From assembly GCA_963719315.1 (NCBI GenBank), contig CAVRBU010000004.1, forward strand, positions 224,001 to 288,000: a DNA stretch of 64,000 nucleotides, written 5' to 3'. The stretch's first letter is position 1. Every line of letters begins with the position of its first letter. The notes beneath the pieces are model-generated. The model made no database searches. It had not been told where the DNA came from and saw only the letters and a program-made list of their open reading frames with translations. A program made the translations under genes and the position numbers. This DNA is from an uncultured Planctomycetota bacterium (lineage in GTDB: Bacteria > Planctomycetota > Planctomycetia > Pirellulales > Lacipirellulaceae). Positions 40,154 to 50,019 of this stretch are shown here, piece by piece.

Positions 40154-43100
40154 CTACTTGGACTTCTGATGACCCTGGAACCATTGCCAATCGCGCTGGG
40201 CACGCTCGGCCAGCGGATGTTTGACCGTCGCATATGTGTCCGCGCAATTTTAGGATGTCGGCAATCCAAGGGATATGCGGCTCCAGTTCGGCCAACGCTT
40301 CGACGACTTCACTCGGTCCCAATTCTGCCGCCACAAGAACGCGAGCGCGCTGCCGCGCGTAATTGATTCGATCGGATGCAAATTGCCGCGACAATAAGGA
40401 ATACAACCGCTGGGCGGCAGTTTTGTCGCTATGTGCTACATCTACTGCCTCTGTGAACGGCATTTCGGAAATGGCAGAGAGGAGCCAAGGGCTGTCGGCC
40501 AGCAACGAGAAATACGCGTCGAGTGCTTTGGCCGCCTGTGCAATGTTGTTGGAGCGACAATAATAAATCGCGCGAATCGCGGCCGAATCAATTGGGTATC
40601 GCTGTTGGGCCGGCGACACCAGGTCGAGACATTCTGGCCGCCTTTGTTCGGCATAAGCTCGAGCCAGTAGCAAGCGCAGTAGAGGATCGGTGGGGTTGCG
40701 ATACTCGGCCGGCCAAACATGCACTGCGCCTGCGAAATCTCCGTTTCGAAATCTGTTTAAGGCTTCAACCAAGGATTGGTCGGCCGCCTGCGGCAATAGC
40801 GCATACGACAACTCACCGCTCAGGACCAGGTTCGATATTTGTCGTCGGATTTCAACCCGATTCCAATCGAGTTTGCCCTCGACCTGAGGGCGATGAAATC
40901 CTGCGCCTTTCAGGCGATCTCGCAAGATTTCGATGGAGAAAGGAGTTCGGTGACCGACCGTTTTCGCGAAGCTGTATTCCAGAATCGTGCGGTCGTCTGT
41001 GTTGAGTTCGACGAGAGGCACCTGTGCGACGGCGTCAACATATTGCGAGCTCGCCACGAAGTGCGCCATGAACCCCTCCAGATCATCGACGTACCAGGTT
41101 TTTGCCAGCGCCTCCTGAACGGCGCCCGAACCGATGCGGGCGCGAAGCTCGTCTGCTGAATACACGATCGGCGTATCGGAACAGACCAATTGCAAGTCAA
41201 CGCCCATTGTCTGCCAAACTTCGACGTGGTTGAACGCGGCACGTGCAGTTTTCAGCACGGTGAGCACCGCCGCATCGTCCACTTCGTACGCCTGCAGCCA
41301 TTGGACAAAGATTCCACCCGGGTTCAGCCGTTGGCGGGCGGCTTCATAAAACTCCGTGGTGTACAGCGCGGCGACGCCAGCCCGATAGGGATTCGAGGGT
41401 TCAGAGAATATCAAATCGTACTTATTGGATGTGGTGAACACATATTCGCGGCCATCGGCATAGATGCGATGCACGCGCGGATGATGCAGAGACGTCCCAA
41501 TTCAACTCGTGGCAGCGCGACGCCATCTCGTCAATGGCGGGTTCGAGCTCGACGACATCGACATGCTCGATCCCACGCATTTCGGCGAGCCAACCGGCGG
41601 ATTCGCCGGTTCCCAGTCCGATCACCAGTGCCGATTTCGGATCTTTATGAAGCACAGCACCGAGCGTCGGTGCGCCGATTTGCGTCGCAGCGTCTCTCAG
41701 CGCGTTCCCATCGTTTTTGCCATTCACTACGAAGGCCAAACCGTCTTCGCTATCGATCCCGATGCTACTCTCGACGCCGTCGGCCTCCCAAACCAGATTG
41801 TGACGTTTCTTGTTGAGCCACAGTTGAATATCGTTGGGATCGAACGCGGAAATCCCAGCCCGGCCGCTGCCAATCCTGCCGTGTCTCCAGGCGGCCGTCG
41901 GCCCGTCGGCCAGCATGGAGCCAAATGTTGCCAGCGTGAGACCCAGCACGATCATTACGGCGCTACGGCTAACTTGCGGCGCACCAAAGAGAATTAGAAC
42001 CGAAAGGAGAGCGAGCAGGCCCGCAATCGCCTGCCACAGACCGGGCGCGCTCAACAGCGGCATCGCTCCGAACCCCGCGACGAGCGAGCCGGCGATCGCG
42101 CCCGAAGTGTTCCAGGCATACGTTCGCCCCAGATGCTCGCTCACCGTTCGTCGGCTGTGGCCCAGCAAGCCCGTGAGCAGCGGAAACTGCAAGCCGCTGA
42201 TGAATGCAACCGGAAAAACTGTGATGCAGATAATGAAGCTCCAACCATACACCAAATCGAGGAAACTCGTCGCCAACTCCGCTTGCCGAGCGGCCATGAG
42301 AGCCAGTCGGTCTCCCAGAACGAATGGAACCATGATGAGCAGCGCTTCACACCCACACGTCACGGCGAGGGCGGACCAACTGGGTCTCATTCGCTTGAAC
42401 ACCAGATTGTAAGCAATGCCGCCGATGCCAATGCCCAGCAAGGCCCAACACAGAATCAAGCCAAATGTAAACGCCGTGCCGCCGAGGATCGGCGCCAACA
42501 TGCGATACCACACGAGTTCGAGTGCAAAAAACGCGAAGCCGAGCACGGCCGCGATCGCGTAGATCAGCCAGGGTCGCGTGCCGATCGAGTCAATCACCTC
42601 GGCGGGCGCCGGCCCAGTGGCCGGGGTATCGATTTCAGTCTCGTTGTCCAAGTTGGAAATCGGGTGCAACCGGCGCGATAGGCCGATTGCGATCGTGCCA
42701 ACGACAAGCCCGATCGCACAGCCTAGCCACAATGTGGCACAAGTTCCAAGACTCTCCAACGCAAAGAGCGTGGCGCCCGCAGCCCCGACGACAGCCCCTA
42801 GCGTGTTTGCGCCGTAGAGCAGACCTAAGGCGCGCCGATTTACGTCGGCGACAGATGTGACAGCGCGGACCGCCGCCGGGAGCGTTCCGCCCATCAAAAA
42901 CGATGGAATAGCCATCACCACGGCAGCGAGTGCCAGCCGCAAAGCTGTTGCCCCGACGAATCCCAACGACTCTTGGCCACCCAATCCAATGTAGATCGAT
43001 CCGCCGAACGCCATGAGCCAAGGACTCACGGCAACGCTCAGCGCGATCCCCGCTTCCAATGCCCCATACATGAACAGCGGATTTGCCGCGCGGTCAGCGC

Positions 43101-43329
43101 GCTTTCCCAGAACGGCGCTGCCGATACCGAGCCCCGCCATGAAGATTGCGAGGACCGCCGCAACGGCGGCCGTCGTCGCACCGAACACGAGCCGCAACTC
43201 GCGCATCCACGCGATTTAGAAGACGAGTGCGGAACAGCCGGAAAAGAACACCAACGGCGCGACGTGAACTACACTCAGCCGGGAACTCGACGGGAACTTA
43301 CTGGACGCTGCATTTTTCGCGACGCCCAT
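40154..43329 (-). pseudogene. Fused MFS-like/spermidine-synthase-like membrane methyltransferase; in-frame TAA at 43216 and frameshifts near 41490 and 40240
   Basis: FFSGCSALVF*IAWMRELRLVFG, LMGGTLP, YGANTLG, LVIGLGTG, VELEP, DGRE and YDLIFSEPSNP. Confidence 0.8.
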
Positions 43330-43481
43330 TCGCAGGCGTTTGCCTCGGCGTTTCGTCGATCGGCCGGCCAGTGTCAGACTCCAAGACGTACGAGCAATCG
43401 CCCTGCTCACGTCGCCGTTGGTACAGCTTCCCGGAATTACCGCGAAGGCGATCTGTCAAGCATTCGTGAGGATCGAAAAGA

Positions 43482-45074
43482 GGGTGTTCACCAGAATCTG
43501 TGGGTGAGTCGGAGCAGGAATTGTTGATTTGAGAGTTGGATTTTCGGAGGGATGGCAGGGCAAAAGAATGTTGTCAGTGCGTGGGATGAAGAGAGCCTGG
43601 GGCGTTGCGGCCCCAGGCCCGGCGAGATGATTCTCCCGCCCTGACCTGGTTATCCCTTGTCGGGTTGCGTCCCCGCAGAGCCCGACTCCGTTTCACCAGG
43701 CAAGGACAAGTATACCAAGATCGGAATGGCGGATGAAGCAGTACACGGCTGCGTGCTCACCGGTTATGGATGGTGTTCCCAAACATCATCCAGCCGGAGA
43801 CGCACCCAGCCGTGCAACTGAAGACTATCCTCAATCACGTCGAGCGGCACAAGTCGTTCGTTTACCAAGAAGCGCGATGGGCCGATCCCGAGACCAAGAC
43901 GACGATCGAGATTCCGATCGAACCGCGGGCCAACGGCCGGGCGATCTGCTCGGGCTGCGGCCAAGCGGCCCCCGGCTACGACCGGCTGGCCGAGCGGCGG
44001 TTCGAGTTCGTGCCGCTGTGGCAGATCGCGGTGTACTTCGTGTATGCCATGCGACGGGTCGACTGTCCGAGGTGCGGCGTACGGGTCGAGCAAGTTCCCT
44101 GGTGCGACGGCAAGCACTCGCTTGACCACGACGTACCGCTGGTTCCTGGCGGGCTGGGCCAAGCGGCTCTCCTGGAAGGGAGTGGCCGAGGCGTTCGGCA
44201 CGACCTGGCAGAACGTGTTTCGCTCGGTAAAACACGCGGTTTCGTGGGGCCTGGCCCATCGCGACCTGGCGGGCATCGCGTCGATTGGCGTGGACGAAGT
44301 GCAGTGGCAGCGAGGCCACAAGTACCTGACGCTGGTCTATCAGATCGACGAGGGCACGAAGCGACTGTTGTGGATCGGCAAAGATCGGACGGCCAAGACA
44401 CTGCTGCGGTTCTTTCGGATGCTGGGCAAAGAACGTTCGCGGCCAGCTGAAATTCATTTGCAGCGACATGTGGCGGGCCTACCTGAAAGTGATTGCCAAG
44501 AAGGCGGCCGGGGCGGTTCACGTGCTCGACCGCTTCCACATCATGCAGAAGATGAACCAGGCGATCGACGAGGTCCGCGCCGCCGAAGCGAAACGGCTCG
44601 ACGGCCGACGGCTACGAGCCGGTGCTCAAGCATTCCCGTTGGTGCCTGCTGAAGCGGCCGGAGAACCTGACCGAAAAGCAGACCGTGAAGCTATCCGAAC
44701 TGCTCCAGTACAACTTGCGGTCGGTGCGGGCGTACCTGCTGCGAGAGGACTTTCAGCGGTTCTGGGAGTACGTCAGCCCCGGCTGGGCGGCCCGCTTCCT
44801 CGACCAGTGGTGCACGCGAACGATGCGATCGAAGATCGAGCCGATGAAGAAGGTGGCCCGCACCTTACGCAACCATCGAGAGTTGATTCTCAACTGGTTC
44901 CGGGCAAAGGGGGCTATTTCGGCCGGGACGATCGAGGGTTTGAACAACAAAGTCAAACTGACCACCAGAAAATCCTACGGCTTTCGCACCTACGAAGCCA
45001 TTGAAATCAGCTTATATCACAACCTCGGACGCCTACCCGAGCCAGAATTCACCCACAGATTCTGGTGAGGAGGC
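43482..45074 (+). mobile_element. ISL3-family insertion sequence
   Basis: Perfect 20-bp inverted repeat TCACCAGAATCTGTGGGTGA at 43488..43507 and 45049..45068. Flanking direct repeat CGAAAAGA at 43474..43481 and 45075..45082. Confidence 0.93.
43812..45068 (+). CDS. ISL3 transposase (frameshifts near 44122, 44440 and 44600)
   Basis: Zn-finger CSGC...CPRC, IGVDE, SDMW, DRFH and EGLNNKVK..RKSYGFR spread across four overlapping ORFs. Confidence 0.92.
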
Positions 45075-45099
45075 CGAAAAGAAGCGATGTATTCGCAAG

Positions 45100-45173
<74 letters not shown>

Positions 45174-45228
45174 TCACCCTGGCAGCCGCGGCAAATGGAC
45201 TTTGCTGCAAGCCAACCGTGAATCCAGA

Positions 45229-45257
45229 ACTATACCAAACCACCAAAAGAGCGACAA
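45229..45257 (-). promoter_or_regulatory. Sigma70 promoter of tRNA-Asp
   Basis: TTGTCG-N17-TATAGT with an extended -10 TG, about 55 nt upstream of the tRNA. Confidence 0.6.
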
Positions 45258-45487
45258 GCGGGTGGTCATTGTGGGCTCTGGTAAGCATGCTCCGAGTGCC
45301 GTCCGCATACGCCGGTTACGGCACTCGGGGCATAGATATTTCATAGGCGCCCCCGGTTCGTTGCGACCGATTCCGTCGGCGCCGGCGGAATAATCGGCAC
45401 ATCAACGTTGGATCGACAGTCTGGGGCTCTGGCTCCCTTCGATGTGGCGTACATTTGTGTGTCCTGCAATTTGAAAAGAGGCCGGTT

Positions 45488-45652
45488 ATGAGTTTATTTT
45501 TTCAAGACATGTGGTATCGCGCCGCCGACGCGCCGTCGCAGACCTGGGAGTGGTTCAACACCCTGAACCGCGAGGAGTGGCTCGTGACGTTGATTGTTGT
45601 GTGCGCAGTCGGCTTTGTCAGCTTGCTGGGCTTTCAAACGCGGCGCCTGTAA
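45488..45652 (+). CDS. Small (54 aa) single-pass membrane protein
   Basis: SD-like GAGG, ATG 45488, hydrophobic C-terminal WLVTLIVVCAVGFVSLLGF. Ends 23 nt before the GGDEF gene. Confidence 0.6.
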   Translation: MSLFFQDMWYRAADAPSQTWEWFNTLNREEWLVTLIVVCAVGFVSLLGFQTRRL

Positions 45653-45675
45653 CTTCCCATGCGAAAGCGAATTCG

Positions 45676-46680
45676 ATGGAATCACTTATTGCGAACTGTT
45701 CGTGGATGTTGCCGCTCGCGGCTTCGAAATCGCTGGAGATTGGCTTGCCGGTGACGGCCGGGCTCGGAGCGGTCGCGCTCATTGGCTATCTCTTCGGCAA
45801 TCGGACGCGGACAAAGCTCGTGGCCGAAATAGATGGACGACGCCAGCAGGAACTCGATCGGGCAGCGCGCATTGCCTGGCAATTGGAAACGATTGTCAGC
45901 GGCCTGCGGCAGGATCTCGTGACACATCACTCTCAGTTGGCCGCGTTCAAACGCCAACTCCGGCGGGCTCAAGTAGAAGGGCACGACAAGGCGTGGGAGC
46001 GGCTTTGTAACGAAGCGGAAGCGATGCTCGGACCCACCATGCAACTCGCCAACCAAGTGTCCAATGCCTACGATCAGATTCGGCAGCAATCAGATGCGCT
46101 GGAGACGTTCACGCAAGGCCGAACGGATCCGCTGACGGGCGTCGGCAATGGCCGGGCGCTAGAGCAGCAATTGCAAGTTCTCTTGAAAGGAGCATATCGC
46201 GGTAATCCGGTGTTTTCGGTGGCACTGTTAAGTCTGGATCGAGTCGGTTCGACGGTCGAGGGTGGGTCGAAGGCGAACGTTTTGCCGCTACTGCCCAAGC
46301 TCGCAAGCGTCATTCGCTCGTGCATGCGAGAGAGCGATTTCGTGGCCCGTTACGGCGAAGATGAATTTGTCGTCGTCATGGCGCAGACCACACTAGCCGG
46401 CGGAAAGGTCTTCGCCAATCGAGTTCGCAAACGCGCGGCCGATGAAATATCAACCTCCGTGTGCTGCGGGCTGACGGAATTTCAAGCCAACGACGATGCA
46501 CGCAGCCTGCTAGCCCGTGCAGATTCGGCGCTGTACAGCGCAAAGGCGGCCGGACCCAATCGGCTGTTCGTCCACACAGGCGCCCATATTCGCGAAGACC
46601 AGACGGCGGCGACGGTGAAGAAGTGCGATGCCGCGGATGAGGCAAGCGCTGCGTTTGTTAGCGAATTTGCCGGTTACTAG
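45676..46680 (+). CDS. Membrane-anchored GGDEF-domain protein (degenerate GEDEF)
   Basis: One TM helix, coiled coil, TDPLTGVGN, RESDFVARYGEDEF and RADSALYSAKAAGPN. Confidence 0.88.
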   Translation: MESLIANCSWMLPLAASKSLEIGLPVTAGLGAVALIGYLFGNRTRTKLVAEIDGRRQQELDRAARIAWQLETIVSGLRQDLVTHHSQLAAFKRQLRRAQVEGHDKAWERLCNEAEAMLGPTMQLANQVSNAYDQIRQQSDALETFTQGRTDPLTGVGNGRALEQQLQVLLKGAYRGNPVFSVALLSLDRVGSTVEGGSKANVLPLLPKLASVIRSCMRESDFVARYGEDEFVVVMAQTTLAGGKVFANRVRKRAADEISTSVCCGLTEFQANDDARSLLARADSALYSAKAAGPNRLFVHTGAHIREDQTAATVKKCDAADEASAAFVSEFAGY

Positions 46681-46834
46681 GCCGCCACCAGGCCAAGAGC
46701 TTCGGGGCCGAGCGGCAATCAATTAGGTGCCGTGCTCGGCCAGCTTGTCAATCTCAGCCCGAGCGGGTGGGATTCCGCTCTGGAGGTGCGTCGAAGCCCC
46801 TGAAATAGGCGCTATTTCGGCATTCATTAGCGCG

Positions 46835-46864
46835 TTGACGGCTCGCGGTCGATTTCCGTACCAT
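46835..46864 (+). promoter_or_regulatory. Putative sigma70 promoter
   Basis: TTGACG-N18-TACCAT upstream of ATG 46943. Confidence 0.45.
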
Positions 46865-46942
46865 CATAGAAGAACTCAGGCGCCCGGCCATTGCCGGAAT
46901 CGGCGTGGTATTGCGACGAGCTTGTCTGGAAAGGAGTGGATC

Positions 46943-47266
46943 ATGCCCCTGTTTGAAGTCGAGACCGAGAACCACATAGTGATCACTTGGGCGGAGGACG
47001 GCGACGCGGCTTCGGCCGTCGTGGGAGATGCCTACCCGCAAGAGCACGTGATGCGACTCACGAAGCGGCCGCGCGATACGTGGGTCATCTCGAAGAGTGC
47101 GCTAGGCATCGCGGGTAAAATGAACCCGTGCTACACGGCGCGCGATTGCCTGTCGAAAGCCGAAGGGGACAAGGTGCATGCGATTCGGCTCTACATGCAC
47201 GAGACCGGCTCCGATTTGGAGCAGTCCCGCAAGGCGATCGAATCGAACATGGTGATGGGATGGTAG
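46943..47266 (+). CDS. Small hypothetical protein (107 aa)
   Basis: Strong SD AAGGAG. MPLFEVETENHIVITWA...KVHAIRLYMHETGSDLEQSRKAIESNMVMGW has globular composition. Confidence 0.8.
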   Translation: MPLFEVETENHIVITWAEDGDAASAVVGDAYPQEHVMRLTKRPRDTWVISKSALGIAGKMNPCYTARDCLSKAEGDKVHAIRLYMHETGSDLEQSRKAIESNMVMGW

Positions 47267-47326
47267 CGCGATGATGGGCGCTGCTTTAAGTCGCAAGCGG
47301 TGGACGCGCAGCAAACGAGATTACTG

Positions 47327-48406
47327 CTAGTAGGTGCGCGTTCCGATTGCCGGCGCTGTGGTTGTTGGGGGTGTCCACGGTTGACTCACGGAACCGGCTG
47401 GTGACGCGGTCGGCGCGGGACCGATAGTCGCGGCTGGCGGCGCTGGACGACTCGCCACTTCTATGGCTGCGCTAGCGGGGGCGCCAGAATATGTCGAAGT
47501 TCGGCCGGGACGATATTGTCCGGCGCCCGATGCCAGCTTTACAGCGGGAGCTGGAGTCGTGATTGATTTTGTGGTCGGCGGCACCATTGGCGACGGCGAA
47601 GTCGAGGCTTGGGCCGTCCTGTTCGGCAGTGTTGGAAGCGTCGGATTCGAATATCGGTCGGCCGCTACAGCACCCGGATCCATGAGCGGTGTTGTGTTGG
47701 GCATCGCTGTTGCAGCCTGCGCCGAAGTCGGCGTATAGCCGTAGCGATCGACGGGATCACTCGAAAGCGGCTGCGCTCTATTTGGCACGGTGGAGGCCGA
47801 TGAACTTGCGATCAAGGAGTTAATTGCGTAACGATCACCGTCACTGCTACCCGCACTCGGTCCTGTGGCGGCCATAGAGGCAGTCGGCATATAGGCGTTC
47901 GGATCGTATGGTCCAGCCGTCCTATTGGATGGCATGGCCGCTGGCGAGCTCGCGGTCGACGCCAATGGTGCAGCGCTCGGCACCGCCGCAGCAGACCTCG
48001 AGCTAGGTGTTGTGACCAACTTGTCGGCCAAGCCATTGTCGCTCGGGTAGGTCGCCGACGGCGCGTTGGCGAGCGCGGTAGATGACGTAACAGGAATCGG
48101 AACCGATGCCGCTGTGGCCGATTTCGGCGCAGCGGTCGCCCCGGCAAGGGCTCCGGAGAGTGCACCTGCGGCTGCCAGATTGGTCGATGAAGGCGGTACA
48201 GCCGGCGTCAATCCGGCGATTGCCACGGCTTCCGGCTTTGACTGCGCGGATGGCAGCGCGGGCTTTGCCGAGCGGGCAACGGCCGACGAGTCTTCAGGCG
48301 CTTTGTCGTGCTTCCACCATGCGAAACGGGTGGCCGTCGTCTGGCAACCCGTTATGGCGGCCACGACAGCGATCATCGTCAGCGATCGGAGCGTGGTTCG
48401 TATCAT
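47327..48406 (-). CDS. Pro/Ala/Ser/Thr-rich putative lipoprotein
   Basis: Lipobox AITGC after a hydrophobic stretch. Low-complexity body with DRY repeats and YRPGRTSTY. Confidence 0.7.
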   Translation of the reverse strand: MIRTTLRSLTMIAVVAAITGCQTTATRFAWWKHDKAPEDSSAVARSAKPALPSAQSKPEAVAIAGLTPAVPPSSTNLAAAGALSGALAGATAAPKSATAASVPIPVTSSTALANAPSATYPSDNGLADKLVTTPSSRSAAAVPSAAPLASTASSPAAMPSNRTAGPYDPNAYMPTASMAATGPSAGSSDGDRYAINSLIASSSASTVPNRAQPLSSDPVDRYGYTPTSAQAATAMPNTTPLMDPGAVAADRYSNPTLPTLPNRTAQASTSPSPMVPPTTKSITTPAPAVKLASGAGQYRPGRTSTYSGAPASAAIEVASRPAPPAATIGPAPTASPAGSVSQPWTPPTTTAPAIGTRTY

Positions 48407-48629
48407 GTCTGTGAATGTCCCGTGGACCATCGCCGCAGCTCGTGGCTGGCCGCTATAACGCAGCAAAATGAATTCAAAAGCAGCGGCTGTACGATTATTC
48501 GGCATTGCCGGCCTGTAACGTTTACGGAAACGTGGCGGGGCTTGCTGGCGTTGCGGCGCACTCGCTGGTACCGATTGCGGATACAAACATGTGACGCGCG
48601 AGGACGGAATCGTCGGCAGAGCGGGACGG

Positions 48630-48657
48630 ATTATAGATTGACGCAGCGCGCGGTCAA
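48630..48657 (-). promoter_or_regulatory. Sigma70 promoter with an overlapping palindrome
   Basis: TTGACC-N16-TATAAT on the minus strand, with ATTGAC-N10-GTCAAT inverted repeat at 48637..48658. Confidence 0.55.
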
Positions 48658-48860
48658 TGGCAGTCGGCCGCTAGCAGAGACCTTCGAGCCTGGGTGTTAC
48701 TGCTAACTTGTTAGCAGTGCTTTCTACTGCATCCCCCTGATTCCACAATCGATACTTGAGGCCGTTGCCCTGTTCAATCCGCAAGCAATTTGCCAAAAGG
48801 CGGCACTGCTGCACCCAGAGGTTACCCGAGCCAGCAGTGGCACTTATGGACGGCAACTTA

Positions 48861-49473
48861 CTAGCCCTTGGCGGCTTTGTAGCGGTTCGACACAGCGTTC
48901 CAGTCGATCACGTTGTAAAACGCGGCGAGGTAGTCGGGCCGGCGATTTTGGTAGTGCAGGTAGTAGGCGTGTTCCCAGAACGTCCACACCAAGGATCGGC
49001 GTTTTGCCGGCCATGTACGGGTTGTCCTGGTTCGGCGTGCTTTCGACGCTGAGTTTGCCGGACTTATCGACGCACAACCAGGCCCAACCGCTGCCGAAAC
49101 GGGTCGCACCGGCCTTAGTGAACGCCTCCTTGAATTTTTCAAAGCCACCTAGCTCGGCGTCGATCGCTTTCGCCAAATCGCCGCTTGGATGGCCGCCACC
49201 CTTGGGGCTCATGATGGTCCAGAACATCGAATGGTTGGCATGCCCGCCGCCGTTGTTACGGACCGCGGGTCGAATAGCTTCCGGCACCTTCTCAATGTTG
49301 CGGCAGAGATCCTCAATGCTTTGCTCGGGGAGACCCTTGCCTTCGAGCGCCGCATTTAGGTTCGTCACGTAAGCGTTGTGGTGCTTGTCGTGATGGATCT
49401 CCATTGTTTTGGCGTCGATGTGTGGTTCGAGGGCGTTGTTCGGATATGGCAGCGGCGGCAATGTGTAAGCCAT
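48861..49473 (-). CDS. sodA: Mn/Fe superoxide dismutase (1-nt insertion near 48980)
   Basis: [26 protein letters not shown] and NQDNP. The DV/WEHAYY motif is split across frames. GGGH is typical of Mn-type enzymes. Confidence 0.95.
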
Positions 49474-50019
49474 GATTCGATTCTCCTAATAGTTTGTGCC
49501 GGTGAAGTTGTTACCAGCAAGATACCGTTCGGCCGGTCGTTTGACAATTGGCCGAAGAAGTAACTGGAGTCGCGAGACATCTGGCGAGGCGGAGCGTTGA
49601 GCCGGAATTCTTGCCAATTCCGCTAACCAGATTGTCGCACCGCAACGGACATTTACGTTCGCGAGCGGACTACACTGGCTGGCGCAACAGCACGGCGAGA
49701 TGCTGCCGCTGGCGATCGAGGATGTCGAAATGGACTGCGATATCAGCAATCAGCCCCTTGGTCATCGAGCAAGAGTCACTGCGCGGACATTCGGGCGACA
49801 GTGAACCGACATCCAATTGTGAAAAGTCTTAGAATGCAGCGTCGAGGGCATCCGCAGCGGCCGCTTCCACTGCCGGGCGCACGGATGGTAGAATTCTTAT
49901 TACCCGTCACAACGGAAGGCGGGTTCGCGAGCGGCCATTCTTCGGGCTGAATTCGGTCGGTTCGCTGCGCATCGTTCGTGTCAATGCATTGCGTGCGGGC
50001 CTCTTGTGGAGCGACCAGC

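Noticed and set aside
49474..50019. Riboswitch or ncRNA upstream of sodA
   Set aside because: Short hairpins exist (TTCGGCC...GGCCGAA, GGAATT...AATTCC) but I recognise no known family. An Rfam/Infernal scan would be needed.
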